In this document: positions 11,600 through 23,841 of the stretch, piece after piece
Layout: every line of letters begins with the position of its first letter
Position numbering within the stretch: the first letter of the stretch is position 1
DNA from: Felis catus
Taxonomy: Eukaryota
Assembly (NCBI RefSeq): GCF_018350175.1
Contig: NC_058383.1
Location: forward strand, 20,586,001 to 20,650,000
Direction: 5' to 3'
Length of the DNA stretch: 64,000 bases
Notes under the pieces: generated by a model
What the model was told of the DNA's origin: nothing
Database searches by the model: none
What the model saw: only the letters and a program-made list of their open reading frames with translations
Position numbers and translations under genes: made by a program

Positions 11600-12030
11600 T
11601 CTGGCTTGGAGAGACAGAGAAGCTATTTGCGCGGCTGGCAAGACCGTGGGAGGAATAGGTCTAGGTGACTTAGAACATCTGGAATGGGACTTGGATGCAT
11701 TAAGATTAAGATACTGTCTCTCTCGGTACAGCCCGATGGACAAGCCAAGGGTAGTTTGATATAAGAATCTGATGTTGGAGACAGAGCCCTGCACGAACAA
11801 TATGAAATCGGGAGTCCCCAGCACAGAGATGGTGCTTGAAACAACGAAAATGTAGGGGATCGCTGGAGTGAATACTTACAGATAAAGAAAGGCTAACCCC
11901 TGGAGAACAAGCGGTAACAAGTGAGGCTGAACAGCAGCCACTAGTGTGGAGGGGAAACTCGAAGAGTGAGTGTTGGGGAGCCACGTCAGCAAGGGATGGA
12001 CGAGTGACCAACTAACTGAATACTGTTCAC
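11600..12030 (-). mobile_element. L2 fragment
   Basis: atgaaatcgggagtccccagcacagagatggtgcttgaaac...gagtgagtgttggggagcca resembles reversed L2. Confidence 0.6.
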
Positions 12031-12134
12031 AGGTTTAGAAGCATGAATACACGATCGCGCAAAAGATATTGACTATTACGATTGTCGATATTTGTCCTTA
12101 ACTCAAGATAGAGCCTCTGGGAGTTGTTTATCTT

Positions 12135-12341
12135 TTTTTTAAAGCTTATTTATTTATTTTGAGAGAGAGACAGAGTGTGCGTGGGGGAGGAGCAGAGAGA
12201 GAGGGAGAGAAAGAATCCCAAGCAGGCTCCATGTGGTCAGCACAGAGCCCGGCACGGGGCTTGATCTCATGAACCACGAGATCACAATCTGAGCTGGAAT
12301 CAAGAGACGGACGCTTAACCAACTGAGCCACCCTGATGCCT
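12135..12341 (-). mobile_element. CanSINE
   Basis: Perfect 17-bp TSD tgggagttgtttatctt at 12118-12134 and 12342-12358. Confidence 0.95.
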
Positions 12342-12999
12342 TGGGAGTTGTTTATCTTAATGAAAGTTCTTTATAGTCTGAGTGGTATTTAATAGGATTT
12401 GTGTAACTTGGAATGTTAGATGTATCGACCCTGTACTTTGGGAGAAGACCACCTCTAGGTTTGAAGTGATATGGAAGCTCCCCGAAATTTGAGAAGTGCC
12501 TGGGGGAACCTGTAACTTCTGTAACCTTGGGGACACAGAAAAGATTCTAGATCTCAAGATATGTTGTGAGTTGTAGTTTTTTACGTTACGAGATTGGGGG
12601 TGGGATGAGAAAATGCACTGGATTATGAAAAATGGGGCAGGATCCACGTATGTTTGAGGTCAATTCTGTCCCTTTAATGTAGGTTTGATACACCCTTGAC
12701 TGATCCCATGATTCTAGTTAACATCACAATGTTTCCCCAGATACTGTCTACTCGTTGGTGCGTTGTCTTTCTTGTCCTATGGACCCCAAAGTAGTTGCAT
12801 GGTTGCCTGAGTCACCAGATCAAGAAGGCCAACTAGGAAGCACCAGGCTCTTTCCATCCTCCTGCTCTGACATCTTCAGTGTTGTCTGTTTGTTGACTCA
12901 TGGTTACAAAATGGCTGCCACAATTCTAAGCCTGTCGTCCTTTCTCAAGAGCACTCAAAAGTAGGAAAAATAGATTCATTTCCTCTTATCATTGGCCAC

Positions 13000-13193
13000 T
13001 TAAAAAAATGTCTTTATTTATTTTGAGAGAGAGTAAGGGCACAGGCAGGGGAGGGGCAGAGGGACAATCCTAAGCAGGCTCTGTGCTGACAACACAGAGC
13101 CCAATGCGGGGCTCAAAATCATGAACCATGAGATCACGACCTGAGCCCAAATCAAGAGTCAGACACTTAACCGACTGAGCCACCCAGGCTCCC
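13000..13193 (-). mobile_element. CanSINE
   Basis: Reversed head (...gactgagccacccaggctccc), B-box region and tail. Confidence 0.92.
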
Positions 13194-16100
13194 ATGGCAT
13201 TCTTTTTTTAATCCTTAAAGATTCTGTTTCTCCAGAGCCTTGAGCTGACCACCGCTCAGACCCCACTGAGAAATGGAGCTAGGAACCTCCACCATTAATT
13301 AAAATAAAATAAAAAATAATAAAAGACAAGGAGAGGAGGAAGAGGAGTTTGTGAGCTAGGAAGAGAGCAGAGGCAGGGCAAGTATCCAAGAGACAATGTG
13401 GAAGATAAAGCAGGAGTTGATCACAGAGCAAGATGGCGGCCAATAGTGTCAAACATTAACGTTAAGTAGGTGAAGGATGAACATCGCACCTGTACTTGAT
13501 GATGGCAGCAACTCGGGTAACCAATCAAGCCCTTCCTTAGACTTCTGGGAGCCGACACTAGGACACGGGGGTGTGAGAAGAGGATAGCCGTTGAGCGAAC
13601 ATAGCGAGGGTAGAATCTCCTTTCCAGAACTTGAGCTATGGAAAACAGGGTGTTGTTGGGTATTTTGACAGATGCTACACGAAGTGTTTTGTCCTTAAAT
13701 TAACGATGGGATGATTGGCTTTGGATCCACATTAAAGACCAGGGAGGAAGGGACTCAATGAATAAAGCACATGCTCTTAAAGCTGAGAGTTAGGGAGTTG
13801 AGGCAAATATAAGAACTAACGAGACATGAGTGGGGGAATTATGGATTCACACCCTGGCTAGCAATTTTTAAAATTTATAATAATGGCAACAACAGTAAGC
13901 CTGCTGAGCTCTTTCTTTTTGCCACTCCCCTTTTAAAGGTCCTGGTATCATTCCAGTAGTCCTCACAGTTCCCTGTAAGCAGGAATTATCCCCGTCTCCA
14001 CCTGATGGAGGAGAGAACGCAGGTCCAGTGAGAGGCAGAGAGACAGAGAGAGAGCTGGACTTTCTCCAGGAAGCCACCTTCCTTGACCAAAAGAACGTGG
14101 GTGGGGCGAGAAGGTGGGCAGGGTGGAAAGCTTGAAAGAACGGTGGAAATCTCTGAAAGAAATACAAGGAGCCTGGAAAAAAAGAGATGCCCAGGGACAA
14201 ATAAAAGGAACGCATTGCCGAACCGAGGGCCTCGCTGGGGTTAGAGAGCAGAAATTTAGAGAGACCCCAATCTGCATTCTCTGCTGCTCTCAGCAGGAGG
14301 GACTAAATGGACGATGGGATTCACCCTGGCTTGTGGGCTGGTCCGCGAGTCTATGATTTAGACTCAGCCCTTCGACGTGCTGCCTAACGGTTCTTGTTCT
14401 GTACTTCTTTTTCTTTCCTCTCAACAGGATGGTCAGGGTAAAGAAAGCCCATATTTCCCAGCATTCCCCAGGGAGCACATCCTGTCCCCGGCACCCTTGA
14501 GAAGCCCTCCCACAGGGATCAAAAGGAAGCAATCTTTTCTTCCATAAATGATGGGGGGGGGGGGAAGGGGGATCTCTTGCTCCATCAAAGTCTTACCTTT
14601 GGTCTCAGAGAGCCCCAGGGGAGTCTGAAGCCATCAACTCTTTCTTCTTGGGTTAGAAGGAACCCATGTGGTCGCCAAATCTCGCTTTTGGCAGGAGTTA
14701 CAGGAAAAGAGTTCTACCACTTTTGTTTGTCCTTGTATACCATTTATTGCCGTTTTGTTTGTTTGTTCATCATCCCAAGGCTGTCCCCATGATCTCAGAG
14801 ACAAACTGGTGACAAAAGCTCAGAGCCTGAAGACATGTACGTGTAGGGGGAAATACTCTTTATTACAGAGACACTGGTGTAATCGAGTTGCAAGCGGGGA
14901 TGTGGCAGAGGCGGACCTACCAAGGGGGTTGAGGCTCCTTGAAACTGTTCAAGGGGACAAGACCAAGGCCCTCCATCCGGCGCAGAGTGCTGTGAAGGCT
15001 GCCGCGTACCGCCCCATCCTTGCCTCTGGGGACCCTCCGTGGAGGTGAGCAGGACCGAAAGTGACAGGCTCTCAACCTTTTGAGAACCGCAGCTGGTCAT
15101 TTTCCTAATCTGGTTCCAGCCTAATCCTGCCACTCCAGCTCATCTCGTCCCCCTTTTCCCCAAGATATTTTGTGCGTCTCTTCCAGGTAGGGAAGAGGCT
15201 AAAACAAAAAGCTAGTTAGAAATGTTCAAAAGAGCGTGAGATCAACTCTTCTCTCGAGGTGGGGCTTTAAGGATGTTAGCGTTAATCCAATGAGCTCCAC
15301 GTGTCCCATGGGACCCCTACTTAAGCCCCACAGATGTGACCACAACAAGGAGGTATGGGTCCACTGAGAACCGGAAAGATGCCGTGGTGGGTATCCTTCC
15401 GACCCCAAACAGGATGGACTGTTCTAGCTCTAGCCTACTCATGGCCACAAGGGTGACCCCCCAACCTCCCAACCGGCCTCTATTGTTCTACTTCAAGATC
15501 ACGCTTTTCCAGTGGTCCAGAACGGTTCATGGGATCCGAGCTATTCAAACGGATGTTTCCTGGGCTTAGAGACAAGGTTATGAAAACACCGGTTGAAATT
15601 GTTTAACTGTGATGATTCCGGGCAGGCTGTCCCTCCCGCCATCCCTAGCGCAGCGCCCTGCCTTGTGGTTTCACTTCAGTTACATCTCTGTGAAACTTTG
15701 GGGAAGTGCCTCAAATTCCCAAGCCTCCAGAGTCCCCGGCTATAAAATACAAGGATGAGGCTCGTTGATTATTATTGACCTAGAAGACAAATCTCCATTA
15801 CTGTCTCATCCAATAGAAGATGTGTGAGTGTGTGTGCATGTGTGTGTGTGTTCATTGGAACTATTATTGAGTTCAGCACATTTTCAGAAGAGTTGAATTT
15901 CTATTGGTTTGGTGTTTCCTTCTTGATCTATGAATCAACAAACAGCCGACGGCTAGGGGAAGAAGGTCATCCCTTGACCTTCCCTTGGGACAATGCTAAG
16001 GAAGCACAGGTGGTGGGGAGTGAGGGCTGTGTCTGCAAGAATTTATGTCCCCAATTAAGTGGCTTGGCTACGGTCAGCCTGCCTTCTGGGAGAAGATGAT

Positions 16101-17409
16101 CCTGGATGGCAAAGTCCTTCATACACACTTCTTCCCCCGCCCCCCCCCCCAAATCCCTACTAGGCTTCTTAATGCAATCTGGTATTTTTCGTATCTTTTG
16201 TGCTTTCATACCTCTTTGTGCTTTAGCTTAAGTCCGAAGCATACGAACAGTCATATGATTTGGGATGAGGTAAAACGTTGCCGGGTATGGTCTTTAATGC
16301 CATACGTACACGGCGGTCCTTCCTTTCCCCCGGTGAGTTACCCCCTACCCCAATTTCGTGTTTCCTCTCTCGTAATAGTGAAACCCTCTCTTTATGTATT
16401 TCTTCTATGTCTGTCTTTCCTGGCCCCCCCCCCCCGCCATCCCACGCCTTGGCTGGGCGCTCTGCTGGGCCCTGCTGGGCGCTCTCTCTCTCACATCTCT
16501 TTCAACTGCCACTTAGTCATCTATACATATATTTGTGGAATAAAAGCTGGAGTGAAATATGATTGACCCTAGAGCAGCGCTATATCCATTCCTGTCTCCA
16601 GGGACACTAGAGATTCTGGTCCGTCTTCCACCAGTGGACCCACATCGCATACATTTCTTTGGCCTTCATCTCCTGCCCGGATACCAGATGACCCACTATT
16701 ATTACCTTGCCACATATGATATTTTCACAATTAAAAAAAAAGTGGTCTCATGTATCTCATATCTTAAAATGACACATCCTCACCCCCTTGAGAAGCTAGA
16801 AATCATAGGCACTCCTCTCTCCCCATCCCAAGTTGTTACACAAAAGCCTGAGGAGAACCCCAACCCAACTTTATTTCCAGAAACGTTGGACAACAGGCAC
16901 CTGCCTGGTTTTTCCACCTTTTTTTTTTTTGGTCTCCCACGTGAACTTTCAGGAGTCAGAGCTCCAAGCACAGAATTCACAGCCCAGAAGTTTGAAAACG
17001 TCGCTCCCGTGTTCATCCCAAGAGGATCTGTTTGGCCCTGTTGGAGGAGCCTTGGCGCCCTGTTGTATCTAGAAGAACCTTGAGTGTGGAACAAGGGAAA
17101 GGCCACTGTGAGGAGAATTTGTCTGTGTAGGGGGTGAGAGGAGGGTCCTGACCAGGAGGAAGAAGGTTTGCGTGTGCATGCCTGAAATCTAGCCAGTCCT
17201 GTGTTATGGAGGGCTTTTCTACTGGCCTGAGCTTTGAGCAAGATCAATGCGGGCTCCCTTCTCTTGTCATTCTCATAACTGTCCAATATGAGTAAAGATA
17301 TAGCCGTGGCACTCTATAAAGACATATTGTTCTGGAAGGGGTATTGAGAACCTCTTCCCTTGTCTTCCTCCTTCAACTTTATCATCACCATTATTACCAT
17401 CATCACCAC

Positions 17410-17615
17410 TAACGTTACCATGGTCCTCACTACCCGTTGTGTCACTGAAGCTCTTCATTCTTTCCAAATACCCTCCATCTATTCATTCATTTTGGTTATC
17501 CCGGAAGCACTGAGGGGTAGGTGGGGTAGGGATTAAATATACCCATTTTAGAGACAGGACAACTAAGGTTTAGATGGCCAAGACACCGACAGAGGCAAGG
17601 ATAGAACTCAGCCAC
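17410..17615 (-). mobile_element. MIR
   Basis: atacccattttagagacaggacaactaaggtttaga...ggatagaactcag, reversed MIR core. Confidence 0.55.
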
Positions 17616-18466
17616 CGCTCTTCCAACAGCAGAGAGGCAGAAGTTTTCTCTGGACAATAAGGGGGCTGAGGGTGGTCAAATGGGAAGGAGCAGGAAGGAT
17701 AAGAAATGGGACAAAACAGAAGTAGTGGCTTTCGTATACAGTTGAAAGAAAGATTAAGGGACTGCTGAATGCTTTTGCCCTTGTCGCTGCTGTGTTTCGA
17801 GCCGGTGGGCCTAAGGGGCAAGGCCAAGGCTCTCCTACGTTTCACGTACAGAACAATAGTGGCCAAAAGCAAGGAACACGGGAGCAATGACAGCTGTGCT
17901 GCTGGGAGGCAGAATTCTCTTCTCAGCTCTGAGCCACACGCGGCAGCCTTTCCAGAGGTGTGAACCCTCCATTCGAGGGAGAAGAGGGGAAGCGAAGATT
18001 AAATATAATTTATGCTTTGCTAATTGAAATCAAATGCAAAATTCAATCTTCCGTGAGTTGCAATGCTCACGTTTAACTAGGGCAGAAGTATGATTAACCT
18101 GACTCTTATCTTAGCAGGCTGACTTCGCTTTCCTGGAGAGGAAGGAATTCCTTGGTCAAGTTTCTCCCCCTGCAGAAGGGGACATGGCTTCCTGGCTCAC
18201 TCCCGGAGTCACGAGGATCAAGCCAGAGTAGACACTGCAGAAAATAGAACTTAAACATGTCAACGTTGCCTTTCTTTTCCAAACCGTGAGCTTTCAACCG
18301 TATCGCCAGACAGACCCTTAAAATAAAAACCTTCAAGCTCTCAAGGCTTCGGCCCCTGCCCTATTCCTCCAGAGAACGTAAGCCCTGCTGCTATACGCAA
18401 GTGTCTACGTACTTTAAGTGGTGGGGGTGGGGTCCCCACTTTTATTTTCCAGCCGAGTACGGCCTA

Positions 18467-18660
18467 TTTTTTTAAAAAAAAATTTTGTTTAATGTTTATT
18501 TATTTCTGAGACAGAGAGAGACAGAGCGTGAGTGGGGGAGGGGCAGGGAGAGAGGGGGGACACAGAATCCGAAGCAGGCTCCGGGCCCCCAGCAGTCAGC
18601 GCAGAGCCCGACGCGGGGCTCGAACTCACGGACCGCGAGATCATGGCCTGAGCCGAAGTC
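18467..18660 (-). mobile_element. SINEC_Fc lacking ~35 nt of its 5' head (left arm of a fused inverted pair)
   Basis: Reversed tail and body, ending abruptly at gagccgaagtc. Confidence 0.92.
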
Positions 18661-18665
18661 CAAAG

Positions 18666-18800
18666 TCTGTGCTGACGGCTCAGAGCCCGGGGCCTGCTTC
18701 GGATTCTGTCTCTCTCTCCCTCTGCCCCTCCCACTGGCGCTGTCTCTCTCTCTCTCTCTCTCTGTCTCAAAAATAAATAAAACATTAATTTTTTTTTTAA
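18666..18800 (+). mobile_element. SINEC_Fc 3' half (right arm of a fused inverted pair)
   Basis: Starts at tctgtgctgacggctcagagc and runs through (CT)n and an aataaataaa tail; head missing. Confidence 0.92.
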
Positions 18801-19399
18801 AGAATGTTCTTGAAAGAACAGGTTCCCGAGCTCCACCCTGGAGCTCCTGGTTCTCCAAGAAGTCTGCAATGAGGCTCAGGAAGCCGTGGCCTGCAGAAAC
18901 CCCACAGTTGCCCCCGATGGGCAGCTAGCAGCCCCATTCTGTGTTCTGTTGGCACATCAAGGCCCCAACCAGCCAGCCCAGAAAGCACTGTTCGGCACCA
19001 GCATGCCTTTGCTTCCTTCAAAGAGGTGGGTTTATATGCACGTGCGTGTGTTTTTGTGTATCTTCTTTTACTCTGGCGGTGAAGGTACGTATACACGTTG
19101 CCTTCCGCTCGATAACCACTTCCTCATCTGGCAAAAAGTTATTTGCGAGGTTGTTCCTGAGTCTAGCCTAGCGGTGCATTTCTGGCCAGGATCCGTCAAG
19201 CTAGAGACGGCCGAGCTCCTTTCCAGAGTCCCTTCCCTTGTGCCGTTTCCAGAATTATCCAGCCCTGTGGACAGAATCCCCCGGGCAGATTCTCAAATCT
19301 GGGTCTTTCCGGCCACCCCGGAGAAGGGGCCAGTCCCAGAGTGGGAGGGGCGGGGGGGGGGGTTGGAGGTGACCGATACAAACACGCCAGCCGAGAGCC

Positions 19400-20807
19400 C
19401 ATTAATCAGGTTGCATTAAGCTTTATAACAACACGGTTTTCATTTAGCGGGAGAAATGACAGTTTCATAGCAGCCGAACAGACTTAGCTCCCCCCACTCA
19501 TACATCTTTTTAAATTTACTAGAACAGTCCTGGTTTGGGAGATCTGTGAACAAGGACTTGACGTCAAGTGCTGCGTTTCCATCGAATCAAAGTAATGGGA
19601 AGGGGCGCTTCGTTCAGCAGCCCTTGGTGGGGGGTGTCCACAGACAGCCCTCGCCCTCACGCACGTCCACAGACGGGATCTGATGGCCCTCCACAGAGGG
19701 AGCCCCCGTGTGTGCCACCTCTGCAGAGAGCAAATAAAGCACCAGATGACCGCGAGGCGGGACGTGGTGGGGCGAACAGAAGCATGGTGACCGATCCCCT
19801 GTTCGCTGCGTTGCTCAGGATTACTCCTAACAGAAGACATGCCCACTCTCCCGTCCTCGCCCCTCTGGGGACCCTAAGGGACGGAGCCCACTCTTAGAGC
19901 ATTTCTTAGAACCACGGTTCTACGGGTCTTCACGTATGAAGACCGCCCACCGAAAAGTCTGGCCTTCTCTTTTCACCCCCAGAAATAGCACTTATCTGTT
20001 TCAAACCCACGGCTCAGAACTCAGTGGCAATCATGCTGCTCCGAGAACAGCCACGCGGGCCCGAGTCTATCACGAGGGCCCGCGCTAAGCTCCTCCACAG
20101 CCCGGGACACTCGTGGAGAGAGAAAGACCCAGCCCTTCCTAGCGGGCCCTTGGAAAGTAAGCCTTCCAAGAGTGTCAGCTTTTTTTATTTGTATTTTTCT
20201 GGTGAGGAACGTGCATGCCTCCGCCTTCGTAAGGTGGGGAAGGGGGAAGTCATGGGGTTGTGGGATGAGACCTCTAAGGAGAAGGTTAGAGACGCCTCAG
20301 AGAAAGGACCTGGCTCCCTGGGAGTCCTGGAGTACTCAGCCACAAGGAGCATTCTGGAGAGGTGCCAAAGCAAAGGTTTATCCAGCAGAGGGCTGTGCCA
20401 GATGCAGGGCTAGGACTCAGGCTTCTCAAGTGACCAAAGGAGACCTTCCTTTCTTTTCTTTCATCACTTAACCAAACGCTCCTGGCACGGTCTCTGACCT
20501 TGACAGCTATCTATCCTGCCTTCAGACTCCATTAATTAGCAGAAGACGAGAATTAGCAGTGGCTCCTGGTGGCCATCTGGTCAACCAGATGCCGCCGCCC
20601 GGGCAAACCCGGTGCCTCCGTGAGGATGCCATGCGATCCACCCCTTCGCCTAAACCTACAGCGCCGGAAGCGATCGTGGCTGGACAAAGGAGGGGATCGA
20701 CTTGGCACTCCAGCGAGGCTGAGGCCGTGGACCCCGGGGGGATTCAGGACTCAGATAAAGGAGCCTCCTTAGCTATTCGCTAGCCTTCCCTCTCCGCTTC
20801 CTCAGCC
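19400..20807 (-). other. HS3ST4: Putative HS3ST4 3' UTR (distal end uncertain)
   Basis: Repeat-free sequence after the TGA; candidate poly(A) signals on the minus strand: AATAAA 20184-20189, AGTAAA 19515-19520, TATAAA 19422-19427. Confidence 0.5.
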
Positions 20808-21444
20808 TCATTTGTCACCCTCTTCCCGTTCCCACTGGAAATCTTGGCCAGTCATTTGGTAAAACATCATGTTGAAGGGTCTGTAGAATTTCTGCAGTCT
20901 GTGGATCACATCTGGGTCGATGCGGGGATGAGTCCGACCTTTGCTCTTGCCTAAGCATCTGGGGGCACCGCTGTCTTCTGGCTTCTTGAGACAAGGGAAC
21001 CCCTTGGTTTTGTTGAAATAGAAATGCTTTTCAGTCACCACGCGCTTGAGGCCTAGAAAATCCTGTACTTTGGCCATTTCCCCGGCAGGGTCCACTATGA
21101 GTCGCTCACCACTGACGAAGAGGATTTGGGAGAGGGGGAAGTATTGGAGCCAGTTTTCCAGGTGCAGAGCATAGATCCCTATTCGAATGGCGCTCCAGGA
21201 GGCGTCGATCAGCCCTAGGGTCCGGTTTTTGAAGGCCAGTACCTCGAAGGTGGGGATCTCGGGTTTCTTGGACAGTGTCTGGGTGTAGTCGGAGATGGCC
21301 CTGGTCACGGGGTTTCTCACCACCACAATGAGCTTGATGTCCTTGGCCATGGCGTGGATACGCTTGGGAGCCTCGTTCGTCACAAAGTAACTCGGCGTCT
21401 TCTCCATGGTCACCTGCCCATCCAAAGTCTTAGGCATCACATTT
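20808..21444 (-). CDS. HS3ST4: Heparan sulfate glucosamine 3-O-sulfotransferase 4, terminal coding exon (C-terminal part of the sulfotransferase domain)
   Basis: Translation [20 protein letters not shown]...[13 protein letters not shown] (PAPS 3'-phosphate motif)...[24 protein letters not shown]...WEREEGDK*. The EEGDK C-terminal tail fits HS3ST4 rather than HS3ST2/3/6. Acceptor ttccag|AAATGTG at 21444; TGA at 20808-20810; 637 nt = 1 split-codon base + 212 codons. Confidence 0.95.
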
Positions 21445-21480
21445 CTGGAAGAGGAAGGGAAAGGAAAGAGAGGGTTAACG
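21445..21480 (-). promoter_or_regulatory. HS3ST4: 3' splice site of HS3ST4 terminal exon: branch point, polypyrimidine tract, AG
   Basis: Minus strand reads cgTTAACcctctctttcctttcccttcctcttcCAG; likely branch A at 21475. Confidence 0.88.
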
Positions 21481-21674
21481 CCCACCCAGAAACACTTCAA
21501 CTTTTTGCACGAAACGTGCGCCAGCCCGAGCCCGATCGAGAACTACAAAACGAAATGCGCTGACAAACCCTGGAAATTCTTTTCTAACTCTGTGCCCACT
21601 CTCCACTCCGATCACAGTATCGTCAGAAAAGGCAGCACAAGGCTTCCGAATTCACTCTTGGGGACCTCACGTAC

Positions 21675-21897
21675 CTGGGTTTACATCTGCTGCCCTATCT
21701 CTTACCCAGTGCTGTTCAACTGGGACACACTCTTAATTTCTCTGTGTATTCGTTTTACATAATCTCTGAAATGGAGATAATGACAGCACTTACCTCACAC
21801 CGTAGTATAAGGCTTAAGGGAGATAACACTTGTAAAGCATTTAGCACAGAATCCGGCACGTGCGAGAGCTTAATAAGTCAAGGATATTACTGTTGTC
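21675..21897 (+). mobile_element. MIR
   Basis: ctgaaatggagataatgacagcacttacctca...tgtaaagcatttagcacagaatccggcacg...ttaataa. Confidence 0.8.
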
Positions 21898-21952
21898 ACA
21901 GCAGCTTTTGGAAAAGGTCCGGGCGCACCAAGAACTCAAAGATGATCTGGCC

Positions 21953-22274
21953 CAAGGGTTGGTCAACGACCACCTGCCCCTTGTTTTCGTACGGCTCACC
22001 GTGAGGAATGGTTTTTCATCTCGCAACGGTTGGAAAACACCCAACATAGTAATAATAACATTTTGTGAGGCATGAAAATTATACGAAATTCAAATTCCAA
22101 TGCTCATAAATAAAGCTTCTCTGGAACACAGCCGCGCTCACCCCCTGAGGTACTGTCTGGGGCCACTTCTGTGCTACAACAGCAGAGCCGAGTACTTGCA
22201 ACGGGGACTTACTGACACACAAAGCCAAGCATATTTACTGTCTGGTCCTTCGGGAAAGCATTTGGCGAGAATTG
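21953..22274 (+). mobile_element. MER58B-like hAT-Charlie MITE
   Basis: ataaataaagcttctctggaacacagcc...gctacaacagcagagccgagta...atatttactgtctggtcctt plus the internal gaaaattatacgaaattcaaatt segment. Confidence 0.8.
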
Positions 22275-23841
22275 ACCCAGTCCAAAGGCGTCGCGGGGGA
22301 AAGCAAGAAACTGAAGCCCAGAGGCCGGGAACCGGACAGGCTTCGCGACCTTCACAAGGTGAGTCCCGTCCCTCTCTTGTCCTTCCTCTGTAAAACCCTG
22401 AAAGCTCACCTGGAGTTCGAGTTCAGAATAAAACGGCACACAAATGGAGTTCTTAACTTTGCTCCCGAGGTTTGCCCAGTGAGCCAGGGGCAGGTCCCAC
22501 ACCACGTCTCTTGGTTTCCTTCCCAAGGTCGTGTCTCCAAACCCCACCCCTCCTTCCGTGTTCACCTTCAGAGTGGCCCTGTCTCATGTGAGAGCTTCAA
22601 GACATCAGAGGAGTCTGATGCTCTCTGTCCCCCAATCCCAGGGTGGCGGGCCTATCAATGATAACAGAGGCTCAGGATCCTATTATACAGTCAATTTGCT
22701 ATAGGCATATGTAGACCAAAGTTAATTGATGATAAACCTGTTATACCTGTCGGTACAGAAGGCCATCTGCCACAATGTGCTCCACTCCATTAAGTCTATT
22801 CACTTCTGAGCCCTGCACCAAAGAGGTACATTTAGGATTACACAAGACCTCTTTGTTGTGAGGACATGCTTTTAAATGTCTCAGCTAATAAAACTTAATA
22901 CCGACCACGATCCCTTAGCTTCCCCTACCATAATTAAATGTATTTACTATCGCGCGTGTAGAGAAAGAACGACTTTTCTTTTATCTCTAATTCACATGCT
23001 CCGTCAATAATTAATTGCTACTGGGTTTTGAGCTTTCTTGGCAAGCACCTTCAGGAGGCAAGAGGAACTTGCCTGGTAGAGAAAATTCACGTAGAGTCAG
23101 ATGTTGTTAGCGCTCAAGGGTTGGGCGGCCAGAAGTTTCCGGGTCAAAGCCAACTGCCGTGGCCATAGTCATGCTCGTCCCGGACTAACATATTGTCCAA
23201 GGTATTTTGAACGTCTTCATGTGCCTGTTCGGCTCTTGTCACATTTAACTGTTTCATAAGGCCGGGGGGGTGGGGTGGGGCGGGGGTCGGGGGGTGCAGG
23301 GCACGGAACATAAAACGTGTGGGACTCCAGTGTGCAGGACTGCCGAGTTTCTGACCACCCACATCACCGTGAAGTTGATAAAACTCTGAAGTTGCAAAGC
23401 CCTCCAGGAAGTGTATTTAACCCACATCGAACCCCAAATTTCTCACCTCAAAAAACAGGGCTAATTAAGAGTCCCTCCCTTCTAGGATGGTAATGAAGAT
23501 CCCATGAGGTAACAAGGGTAAATCACTTCTTAGAATAGTGCCCGGTGAAGGCCACGAAGTGTTATAACTGACACCAGGGGTACAAGACCACTGACACGGC
23601 AATTATTAGAGAAAAACAAGGAGAGAACATTTCTATCTGACCGCATGGCAGAGCTGAAAAACTGAGCTCAAGAACAGGTCTAGGGAAAAAGGCTAGTTTG
23701 ACTCAAGCCAGTTATCATCAACCACACATCCCTGAACCGGAGGCTGGTGACCCACGAGGGAGCTACAATGAGTTCGGCCTGAGTTTAAGGAACGTGTTGA
23801 TGTCCTACTTTTATTTCAACTGGAGAGAGATATTCTCTCTC

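Noticed and set aside
16045..17286. Adjacent 168-174 aa ORFs that look operon-like
   Set aside because: Eukaryotic intergenic DNA; low-complexity translations across homopolymer runs with no recognisable homology
21445..21500. N-terminal extension [18 protein letters not shown] of the 230-aa ORF
   Set aside because: It is intron sequence (branch point and polypyrimidine tract) read in frame; the real exon starts at the AG acceptor at 21444
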